Source: Deltaproteobacteria bacterium (GTDB lineage Archaea; Thermoplasmatota; Poseidoniia; Poseidoniales; Poseidoniaceae). From it: DNA of 62,008 nucleotides. The position numbers and the translations under genes are program-made. A model generated the notes under the pieces. The model saw only the letters and a list, made by a program, of their open reading frames with translations. It did no database searches and was not told the DNA's origin. Shown here piece by piece: positions 8,601-17,000 of the stretch (position 1 is the stretch's first letter; each line of letters opens with the position of its first letter). The stretch lies in NCBI GenBank assembly GCA_028344335.1, contig JAOMAZ010000004.1, positions 1-62,008 of the forward strand, given 5' to 3'.

Positions 8601-9693
8601 CAACGATCCGAATGAATGGAACGACAGTGATGGTGATGATGTTGGTGATAATGCAGACGCATTCGATAATGATGCCAACGAAACCGTTGATTCAGACGGT
8701 GATGGAGTAGGCGACAATGCAGACGTATTCGATGATGATGCAAACGAAAGCGCTGATTCAGACGGCGATGGAGTGGGCGACAATGCAGACGCATTCGATG
8801 ATGATGCAAATGAAACTACTGATTCTGATGGAGATGGAGTAGGAGACAATGCTGACCTGTTTGATGATGATGCAAATGAAAGCGCTGATTCTGACGGAGA
8901 TGGAGTTGGCGACAACTCAGATGCGTTTCCAAACGATGCCAATGAAACAGTAGATTCGGATGGAGATCAAGTAGGCGACAACTCAGATGCGTTTCCAAAC
9001 GATGCCAATGAAACAGTAGATTCGGATGGAGATGAAGTAGGCGACAATGCAGATGTATTCGATGATGATGCAAATGAAAGCGCTGATTCTGACGGAGATG
9101 GTGTCGGCGACAACTCAGATGCGTTTCCAAACGATGCCAATGAAACAGTCGATTCGGATGGAGATCAAGTAGGCGACAATGCCGACGCATTCGTTAATGA
9201 CCCCAATGAAGATACCGATTCTGATGGAGACGGGGTGGGCGATAATGCCGATGCCTACCCAGAAGATGCTGAACGTTCTACTGATGATGGAGGAGATTCT
9301 AATAATTCATCTGACGGTACTGGCTGGTCAGTAGTGCTCAAAGAGAGTGGACTGGATCCAAATCTAGTTGTGGGTGTGATAGGAATCATCATAGTAATGG
9401 TAGGAATGTTCTTCATGGCCTCATCAAGAAATATCAAGAAACTCAAGGCAGAACTTGAGGAAGCACATGTCGCCACTGACATGTGGGGTCGTCTAGACTA
9501 TGACAAGGATGGAGATATCTCCGACCTTGAATTCGAGGCTTACAAAGTGATTCGCGATGGTGGAAAAAAGGTAATCGAATTAGATAGTGAATCTGGTGAT
9601 ACAGAGGATGCAGAAGATGCAGAAAGTTCCGAAACTGAAGAAAGTATTGAGGAGATGGCGAACCAAGATGAAGATGGGTCATCAGAGAAATAA
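5662..9693 (+). CDS. Single-pass cell-surface protein: tandem beta-propeller-like repeats, long TSP3-like repeat stalk, cytoplasmic EF-hand-like motif
   Basis: 1343 aa; signal peptide; many SLALDSxxxPHIAY repeats; DSDGDGVGDNADAF repeats; TM LVVGVIGIIIVMVGMFFMA; DYDKDGDISDLEF after the TM. Confidence 0.9.
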   Translation: MNRSRKALALTILMLIGSLAPILSASLESTSVKMSTSIGNMPKNIDETDNVGQYSSLALDSESNPHIAYYDATNGNLMYTKYNGWEWNTTIVDSDDDVGSHASLALDKVNNPHISYYNATSGDLKYAHFDGSNWSNLTIDEDGDVGSHTSIDVSSNMNPHISYRDEDNTNLKYTYYNGSAWINMTLDGNWGGMDNVGTYTSIALDSSNGPHIAYYNYTGGDLMYTYNDGSSWYKQAAYSTNNVGQHASLVLDSTDNPHFSHYNMQFQNLLYTHYNGTVWATEAVDSTGLVGEFCSIDVDSNDNPHIVYVDRDNGGQLKYAAYDGNWTLSVVDEEAEYTSIVMDSTDRPHFSYYDLSDEDLRYLSQSGANAVVVSTDMSFDNAWGGLGFKLDSQGIPHIAYQNHSGTNHVSYAKLNSTASAAAGTEVWDIETIDTANQGYYGSWISLDLDSQDRPHVSYFGGDNSDTLRYAYHNGTGWVTETVDSKSNSGIERIGWYSAIVIDSTDKPQIAYSSQGTSNMKFAIHDGSGWHLDDVINSGSGAKRNIQFSLSVADVPHICYNSGENRLGYATYSGSGWVVDDDITSSDLTYANNQRGTYCDIEVDQFGRPHISFDYNSNDNLGYMVLNGSSWEGWQVSTMGEILFTSLELDSAERPYISFQSKTGDDDLYFTWLDNSTNTWRIRDSGLHHTNTIYDSSQWGRYNVLVLDQNDSVHIAFYDNTKTEILYYTDNYNPAIDTDGDGIPDSEDNFPSNPSETADYDGDGKGDNADNDDDDDGVIDLDDSCQFGIIGAGADFDGDGCKDSEDDDDDNDGYPDVSDACSKGMTGIGFDLDGDGCQDAEDSDIDGDGTPNVDDAFERDPTEDTDSDGDGVGDNADAFDNDANETVDSDGDGVGDNADAFDNDANETVDSDGDGVGDNADAFDDDANETTDSDGDGVGDNSDIFPDDANESTDLDGDGIGDNADLDVDGDNVSDVDDAFPNDPNEWNDSDGDDVGDNADAFDNDANETVDSDGDGVGDNADVFDDDANESADSDGDGVGDNADAFDDDANETTDSDGDGVGDNADLFDDDANESADSDGDGVGDNSDAFPNDANETVDSDGDQVGDNSDAFPNDANETVDSDGDEVGDNADVFDDDANESADSDGDGVGDNSDAFPNDANETVDSDGDQVGDNADAFVNDPNEDTDSDGDGVGDNADAYPEDAERSTDDGGDSNNSSDGTGWSVVLKESGLDPNLVVGVIGIIIVMVGMFFMASSRNIKKLKAELEEAHVATDMWGRLDYDKDGDISDLEFEAYKVIRDGGKKVIELDSESGDTEDAEDAESSETEESIEEMANQDEDGSSEK
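8245..9265 (+). repeat. 69-bp (23-aa) coding tandem repeat array, DSDGDGVGDNADAFDxDANETxD
   Basis: Near-identical units visible in DNA, e.g. GATTCAGACGGCGATGGAGT...GATAATGCCGATGCATTCGATAATGATGC(A/C)AACGAAACCGTT. Confidence 0.9.
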
Positions 9694-9758
9694 CGTTATG
9701 ACTTCTGATTTTTCCGATATCATCCGTAGCGTTGCGTCAATTATAGGTGATTAGGGTG

Positions 9759-11282
9759 TTAACTTGAACATGACAGCATGGAACAACCTACTTGATGACG
9801 GGCCCACTCGGGGCGTTTCTGAAACCATTCTTCCTCATGTTCGGGCTGTTCATCGTAAGGGTTTTGAAGAAGGATGTAAAGTCGTTCAGCGACTGAAAAG
9901 TCGCCCGCTTCTGCAGCATTAATCGCTAGTTGTGCCATCCAATTTCTCAGCACATACTTCGGATTTGATTTGCGCATTATGGAACGATTCGGCGAACCTT
10001 CAGTACGTGACCACCAACGTTGTAGCCAAGCATTCCATTCATCGGTTGGAACGGTTGAAGAATCATAAAAAGCATCTCTAAGCGAATCTATATGAGGCGA
10101 TTCAATGGAACACAATAACCGAAAGAAAATGGTCATGTCTGTCTCAACTTCTTGCAGTAACGAGTTCAAGTCTTGGATTAGAGGCTCATCCAATGCGGTG
10201 AATACGTCCAATCCTAACTTGGTGGCCCACATGTTATTGTGATGTTCGTCTAATGCACTGATGTACGCATCAAGCACTTGATGCAAACTCTCGGGTTCAT
10301 CCATCAATGGAACCATCGCTTCAAGAAACCTAGCTACATTCCACCCTCCAATTTGCGGTTGTTGGCCGTATCTATAACGGCGAGTCGAAGCATCAGTTGT
10401 GTTTGGAGTCCACCCCGGATTGTAATCTTCCAACCACCCGTACGGTCCGTAGTCAATGGTTAAACCGTGTATGGACATGTTGTCAGTGTTCATCACTCCG
10501 TGAACAAAACCAACTCTCATCCAATGCGTAATCATCGATGCGGTTTGTTCTGCGATGTGGGTAAGCCATGCCACACGAGCTACGTCATCATGGACTGAGT
10601 GGTTGGGGAAATGGTGCTCAATGGTGTGGTCAACCAAGGTTCGTAACGTAGACACATCACCTGATGCGGAATGTATCTGAAAACTTCCAAAGCGTAGAAA
10701 ACTTGGAGCGACACGGCAAACAACCGCTCCTTGTTCTGGTGCTGGATTCCCATCATATAGCACATCACGAAGTACCGGTTCTCCGGTTGTCACCAACGAC
10801 AATGCACGGGTAGTAGGTACTCCCAAATGGTGCATTGCTTCACTGCAAAGGAATTCTCGAATCGAAGAACGAAGCACTGCTTTTCCATCTGCAAAGCGTG
10901 AGTAAGGTGTATGTCCTGCACCTTTGAGTTGCAATTCTAATACTTCACCTTCCAATTGAACCTCTCCCAAAGTGATAGCCCGCCCATCACCAAGTTGATG
11001 CGCCCAATTTCCGAACTGATGGCCCCCATAACGCTGAGCGTATGGGTCCATACCTTCGACAATGGAACCTCCTCCCAATATGCTGCCGTCAGGTCGGTCG
11101 AGCCCCAGTTGCGCTGCCATCTCGTTCGACCACATCACCAGTTGAGGTGTAGGTGCTGGAGTCGGATTAACGCGCGACCAGCATGCTTTCGGAACTTGGC
11201 GCGGGCGCCCCCCAACTTCCTCATCGCCCGGCGTCTCGTCAAGGAAACGACTGAGCCACTGAAGAGATGCAAAGGTGCCCAT
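9759..11282 (-). CDS. selO: Protein adenylyltransferase SelO (YdiU family)
   Basis: YGGHQFG...QLGDGRA, LQLKGAGHTPYSRFADGKAVLRSSIREFLCSEAM, GFVHGVMNTDNMSI, IDYGPYGW, NPKYVLRNW, C-terminal CSMLSCSS. Likely start MGTFASL at 11282. Confidence 0.95.
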   Translation of the reverse strand: MGTFASLQWLSRFLDETPGDEEVGGRPRQVPKACWSRVNPTPAPTPQLVMWSNEMAAQLGLDRPDGSILGGGSIVEGMDPYAQRYGGHQFGNWAHQLGDGRAITLGEVQLEGEVLELQLKGAGHTPYSRFADGKAVLRSSIREFLCSEAMHHLGVPTTRALSLVTTGEPVLRDVLYDGNPAPEQGAVVCRVAPSFLRFGSFQIHSASGDVSTLRTLVDHTIEHHFPNHSVHDDVARVAWLTHIAEQTASMITHWMRVGFVHGVMNTDNMSIHGLTIDYGPYGWLEDYNPGWTPNTTDASTRRYRYGQQPQIGGWNVARFLEAMVPLMDEPESLHQVLDAYISALDEHHNNMWATKLGLDVFTALDEPLIQDLNSLLQEVETDMTIFFRLLCSIESPHIDSLRDAFYDSSTVPTDEWNAWLQRWWSRTEGSPNRSIMRKSNPKYVLRNWMAQLAINAAEAGDFSVAERLYILLQNPYDEQPEHEEEWFQKRPEWARHQVGCSMLSCSS

Positions 11283-11344
11283 GCCGTGAGCACCAGCATC
11301 CCTAACTTGAAGATGTGGTAGATTTGAAAGATTGAAATTACAAC

Positions 11345-12733
11345 TCAAGCGCTGAAATAATTAGAACGGGATTCTCTGAACATCACGGCCATCACCATGG
11401 CTATCAAAGTCAACAGAACTGATGGTGCAGGCATACTATCACCTTCCTTTTGTGGAATAGGATCGCCTTGTCTCAAAGTGAATGTGTCCCCTATCTCTCC
11501 ACTTTGTCTGACATAATCTACCTGCAATGATTCACCTGCAATATCAACACTCACCCTAACTATTCCATATGACTGTTCGCGATATGCTGACCACACCGGC
11601 TGCTCATCAGAATAATCGTACTCCCCTCTACCGGCAGTACCGACAATAAGGTGGATTGGAGCGTGCGCACCCGAGAAAACCTTGCCATCATCAGCGTCGC
11701 CACGCTGCTGGACCTCTGCATCGATGACCGGCCAGGTTCGTTCGTAGAAATGGTCATGCCCCCAAAAAACCAAATCAACTCCAGACTCGACGAAAAGTGC
11801 TTCCAAATCGGCACGCAATTCTGCATCTTCATCGTGCGTGGCATCATCGTGTGAAGTGTACATCGGCTTGTGCCCATAGACTATAATCCAAGGTACCTGC
11901 TCTCGATTCTGGATTGCATCGCCAAGGTCAGACTCCAGCCACTGATACTGTTCACTGCCGGCACTGTAATCATGCTCTGTCGAGAAACCAGTGAAATGAA
12001 CAGGACCGTAATCAAAGGAATGCCAGTAATCGGAATCTGAGGTCGAAGGAAACTCAAAACGTATATCGTAGGCCTCGAATCCATATCCCGGCTCGTTCTC
12101 ATGGTTACCGGGGACCATCATCCACGGCATGTTACTCATCGACCTCTGATTAGAATCCAGATAATCATCCCAAACAGACTGTTCACCATTAGCATAGGAG
12201 ATATCGCCAGAAAGTATGAGGAAGTCCGCATCGCTATCAACCACCATGTTGGTGGTCTCCATACCCTCTGAACTAAGACCGTGATCCCCGAAAGCAAGGA
12301 AGGTAAAATCTGACAAAACATCTCTGGTCTGGAAAGTGTAGACCTCTGACCAGGCACTTCCATCACCAACCCTGTAACTATAGTTGCTTGCGACTTCAAG
12401 ACCTATCATGACACCACTGTGGAATACCATGTCGTGGTCATAACAGAACTCTTCCCCCATGGCGCTGTTGTCAAGAGAGCCATCTAATCCCCATTCAACC
12501 TCGGAATCTGTCTGAGATTCTGTAGCCCATATTACCTGCATCTGACTTTCATCCTGGCTCAGTGAAATATGAATCTGCTCAGGAGAGTTACTTCCAGTCA
12601 GAGTACTAATCGGACAACTGAGAAGACTTCCAATCTGTGCATCCGCTACGAGAGTGAATGCCGGTATGCAAAGCAGGGCTGTGATTACCAGCAGAGCCAA
12701 GCGCCTGAGCATAGACCCTCGAGGGCTTGTCAC
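11345..12733 (-). CDS. Purple acid phosphatase-like metallophosphoesterase, surface-anchored
   Basis: PEQIHIS N-terminal domain; motifs GDHG, GDISYA, GNHE, GHKPMY, GHDHFYER; signal peptide; C-terminal MPAPS + TM + R anchor. Start may be ATG at 12712. Confidence 0.9.
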   Translation of the reverse strand: MTSPRGSMLRRLALLVITALLCIPAFTLVADAQIGSLLSCPISTLTGSNSPEQIHISLSQDESQMQVIWATESQTDSEVEWGLDGSLDNSAMGEEFCYDHDMVFHSGVMIGLEVASNYSYRVGDGSAWSEVYTFQTRDVLSDFTFLAFGDHGLSSEGMETTNMVVDSDADFLILSGDISYANGEQSVWDDYLDSNQRSMSNMPWMMVPGNHENEPGYGFEAYDIRFEFPSTSDSDYWHSFDYGPVHFTGFSTEHDYSAGSEQYQWLESDLGDAIQNREQVPWIIVYGHKPMYTSHDDATHDEDAELRADLEALFVESGVDLVFWGHDHFYERTWPVIDAEVQQRGDADDGKVFSGAHAPIHLIVGTAGRGEYDYSDEQPVWSAYREQSYGIVRVSVDIAGESLQVDYVRQSGEIGDTFTLRQGDPIPQKEGDSMPAPSVLLTLIAMVMAVMFRESRSNYFSA

Positions 12734-12776
12734 GCTAATTATTTACGGTAGATATTATTGAGATATACGAAATAAC

Positions 12777-14069
12777 TCAATCTTCGCCTGCCTCGAACAT
12801 CGAGATAATCCTCTCAAGTTCTCTAGAAGTCTCCTCAAGCAAGTTTCGCTCTGTTTTATCCAACTCGATATCCTTGAGACGATCCTTGATTTCTTCAAGT
12901 TCCTTTCGTGCAGATTCACGCTCTTCTCTGAGTTTCTTGTCTTCCTTAATCATCTGCATTCTCGCTAGACGCACACTAGCATCCTTCTTGCGAACATTGG
13001 TCGTGGACTTGTGTTCCTGCCCGATATTAAATCGAGTTGGGAATGGAATCCCAATTCCTTCTTCCCTGAAACGTTCATCGATGGATTTCAGCACCCAATC
13101 CTTGGCAACCCACTCATCACTGTAATCCTTGACCCATCCATACATCCTGAAAACCTTGGCGAAATCACCCAATTCGTTCAACAAGACTCTTGGATTTGGT
13201 TCGTCAATGACATATGGGCACTCGCGCATTAACTGCAGCAAGGTGTACTTAACGTGATCAATATCTTCTCCATATTCAACTCCAATATCTAGGACCAAAG
13301 AAATTCTGCGAGCAACTCCATCTCCGCCACCTCGGGCATGATTGACGACGATGGAATTAACCAGCGTGTTGTTTGGAATAACCACTAAAGTCTCCTCATA
13401 AGTCAGAATCTTAGTCGAAAGAATCCCAACTGAGGCAACAGACCCAGTCAAATTTTCAACCTCAATTCTATCTCCAACCTCAAATGGCTGGTCAAGAGAG
13501 AGCATGAATGAATTGACAATATTTCCAAGAGTCTGCTGCATAGCAAGACCGATGATTATAGAAAATACAGCCAATGAAGCAAATAGACCAAAGAGTTCGA
13601 TCCCCATCTCTGACAGTGCCAGATAGATTCCACCGAACCATACAATCCCCCTAAACATGAAAATTATCAGATAGTTACTACCTGAAACTGTTACACTTGA
13701 CTTGTTCCTGAATCGTTCTGAAATTGCAGGAACAATATGTCGAATAGAAACACTGGTAAGTGAAGTGGTCAAGATAATATAAAATACTGAAAAGAAGGGA
13801 GATAAACTAGCCACCCATTCTCCATCCTCAGGATATATCCAATTCAAGGAAAAGTGAATACCTCCAACAAAAATGAATGAGTACAAACGATTGGAGATTG
13901 GAGCGTGTAATTCATCATCCCATTCAGCGCTTGTCATCTTCACTACCTTGAGCCAAGGTTTGACAATTGTAAATCTGGATAGTAGGATGGCCATGAGGAT
14001 ACCTATCCCTGAAACAAGTAACTTGACAGAAGAATCCAAAGAATTTATCTGATCAATTATTCCTAACAT
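12777..14069 (-). CDS. Mechanosensitive ion channel MscS family, with C-terminal coiled coil
   Basis: IIGLAMQQTLGNIVNSFMLSLDQPFEVGDRIEV, GSVASVGILSTKI, VVIPNNTLV, GIGIPFP; GGTGA SD upstream. Confidence 0.92.
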   Translation of the reverse strand: MLGIIDQINSLDSSVKLLVSGIGILMAILLSRFTIVKPWLKVVKMTSAEWDDELHAPISNRLYSFIFVGGIHFSLNWIYPEDGEWVASLSPFFSVFYIILTTSLTSVSIRHIVPAISERFRNKSSVTVSGSNYLIIFMFRGIVWFGGIYLALSEMGIELFGLFASLAVFSIIIGLAMQQTLGNIVNSFMLSLDQPFEVGDRIEVENLTGSVASVGILSTKILTYEETLVVIPNNTLVNSIVVNHARGGGDGVARRISLVLDIGVEYGEDIDHVKYTLLQLMRECPYVIDEPNPRVLLNELGDFAKVFRMYGWVKDYSDEWVAKDWVLKSIDERFREEGIGIPFPTRFNIGQEHKSTTNVRKKDASVRLARMQMIKEDKKLREERESARKELEEIKDRLKDIELDKTERNLLEETSRELERIISMFEAGED

Positions 14070-14088
14070 CTCACATCACCTATGTGTA

Positions 14089-17000
14089 TCAATCTTCTTT
14101 CAGGAAATCCTTAGCCTGTTCGACCCACTTATCTCTCTTAACTCTTCCAGAGAAGAACTCGATTGCAACATTCACTTGGTCTTCTATCTCAGGAGTCATG
14201 CCTGAAATCTGCTTGAAGGTGAAAATACCTAATGCATTCAATTTCTCTTCAAGGAATGGTCCTATTCCCTTTGTTCGTTGCAAATCATCCTTTTCTGCAG
14301 CAGTTGCTGTTCCGATAGTGTTGAAATCGATGAATTCAGACTTGGCTGCGACACGTGCTAATTCTGCCTCCTTCTTAGAAAGTCCTTCCATCTTGTCTTC
14401 TAGAGCGGCCATCTTCTCTGCAATCATCAACTCCATGTTTGCAAGTTTAGTGGCTGCCTCACTCTCTGCATTTTGACGAACTTCGTCTTCAACTGCCTTG
14501 ATACGCCTTTCTTCTTCCACTTTGGCTTCGACCTTCTTGGCTTTAGCTTCTGCTTCTGCCTTAGACTTCTCAATTGAAGTATCCTTTTTCCTTGAGATTT
14601 TACGTTTCTTTTTTCCGCCAGAAGAATCCTTGATAGAAACTGTCCATTGGAAGTATACCGTCGAACTGCCTACTCGCATTAGAGTGCTGTACTCATCGCC
14701 ATCATTGGAATCGGAGAGATCCTTAAATTCCAGTTTAAATGATATTGAGCCAGTGTCCATTTCATCATCATCATTGATCCAATCGTCGTCTTCTTCGACC
14801 AAAATATCTGTCATATCGAAACGCCCCTCATTCTCTTCAGTATACAGATCCATGAATCTGACAATAGTGTCAGGCGGTAGGTGGCTAATGGTAATGGATT
14901 CTCTACTAGATGCTGATTTACCAGGAGATAGACCTTCAATATCCTGAAGAAGGTAAGGGTCTATCTTGGTTCCAGAACCAGAAATAAAATCAGGAGATGA
15001 AAACGTGTGTTCAGGTTGCGGGCCTTTTTGCATCCCCATCATAACTAGCACTGAGTCACCACGCTCCCTCGCGAATAGAATCAATGGAACAAGAAGTAAC
15101 AACAGTAACAGGAAAATTACACATAGCCACCAATACTTTGTCACCAAAGATGTACTTTCAACTACTTCTTCACTCTTCTTGGTCGCATTACAAGATTCCA
15201 TGTTATCTGGAGTACTGGTTGCATTCAGAGGGTCAGTTCCACAAGCGATTTCATCGACATCCAACCATAGGTCACCATCATCGTCATCATCAGCATTATC
15301 GCCAATACCATCGGCATCAAAATCATAGGTCTCGTTGGCATCTTCCTCGAAAGCATCCATATCATTTGATACTCCGTCATTGTCGATATCATCATCGAAC
15401 AAGTCACATATCATATCAGAATCGAAATCATCAGGAACACTGGAGTTGGACTTGGAATCTGTCTCACAGAGCCCTTCCCACATATCCGTCCAAGAATCGT
15501 TGTCATCATCAGTGTCAGCATTATCTCCAATACCATCACCATCAGTATCGAGCCATTCAATTTCATCTTCTGGGAAATCATCTTGATGGTTGGCATATCC
15601 ATCACCATCCTTGTCATCATCCAGAGAGTCACAAATGAAATCATTGTCAATGTCTGTTGGAATACTGGAGTTATCAGTTGAATTGGTGCCACAAGAGGAT
15701 TCTATTCCATCAAGCCACCCATCACCATCGGTATCGGTCTCCAATCCATCGCAAACTCCGTTACCGTCGGCGTCGACTGGAACTTCATTTGCATCCTTCC
15801 AATCCGAACCACATTGTTGCTCCTCAGTATCGATGAAACCATCTCCATCATCATCGTCATCAACGTAGTCACATATCTGGTCATCATCAGTATCTACTGG
15901 CGTATCAGTTCCATTCAATGGATCCTTGCCACATAACAACTCAATTTGATCAGACCACCCATCAGCATCGTCATCACTATCATCTCGGTCAGGTAGACCA
16001 TCGAGGTCGGTATCCAACAGAACTGCAAGGTTCAGGGTGAATGTGGAACTGTATTTGTCATTACTCGCGGTGATAGTGTATGATTGAATAGAACTCAATT
16101 CTGTTGGGGTTCCGAATATTGAACCATTATCTCCACCATCCCTCGCAGGGCTGGTGCCACTGAATGTCAATCCAAGAGGCAGATATGGGTCGATAGACCA
16201 AGAAGTTACATCTCCTCCAACTGCGGTTGCATCAAACATCATCATCTCTAGATTGAGTGATATTTCAAGCGTTGAACTCTCATAAAATAACAGAACCGGT
16301 GCATCGTTGATATCATCATTTACATCACAAATTCCATCACCATCGCTATCGAATGGATGGTCATTTGCATCGGTGGAATTGGTTCCTCCACATGCAAGCT
16401 CATCTTCATCGCTCCAACCATCACCATCATCGTCATCATCTGACTCATCTGGTGAACCATCGCCATCAAGATCCAGCAATACTGTGATACTGATTGTAGT
16501 TGACGCACTAATTTCGGGTTCGATTCCTTGAGCAGATACTGAGTAGACTGTTTCCGAACTCAATTCGCTTGGAGTTCCCCAAATACTGCCATTTCCTTCT
16601 CCAAACTCCATTCCTACAGGAAGGTCTGGAGTGATTTCCCAAGTGATGGCTGCTGCTCCTCTCTGTGAGGGATAGATTGTATTGATAGGTGAATTGACTG
16701 CTATTCTATGTTCAGCATATGGATAGAAGATATACATCCCAGTTCCATTGACCTGAATAACAACGGTTGTGTCCACACTGCCGCCAGAATTATTTGCGAA
16801 TATCTTGTAAGTCGTGTTATCCTGATTGGCTACTGGGATTCCTGAAATGACTCCATATGCATCCAACAGCATTCCCACAGGCAAGACAGGGTCAATCTCC
16901 CAAGTCTCAACCATACCACCGGAATTGGATGGCTCAAGCGGAGTCATCGGCTCTTCTTTCTTCAGAGATATGTGGGCCTGAGTATAGGATATCACAGCAA

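Noticed and set aside
7703-9682. His/Arg-rich, Ser-rich and Met-rich alternative-frame ORFs
   Set aside because: Shadow ORFs produced by the GAT/GAC-rich repeat array of the 1343-aa gene; the same applies to shadow ORFs inside the giant gene.
606-9720. Provirus or transposon at tRNA-Ala
   Set aside because: No integrase, transposase, capsid, packaging or replication ORF is recognisable.
1894-9756. 11-bp match GGTGATTAGGG at about 1894 and 9746 as island-end repeats
   Set aside because: Short, contains the common GGTGA Shine-Dalgarno motif, and does not extend on either side.
9759-9790. Selenocysteine in SelO
   Set aside because: The C-terminus reads SCSS with a Cys codon and ends in TAA; no in-frame TGA.
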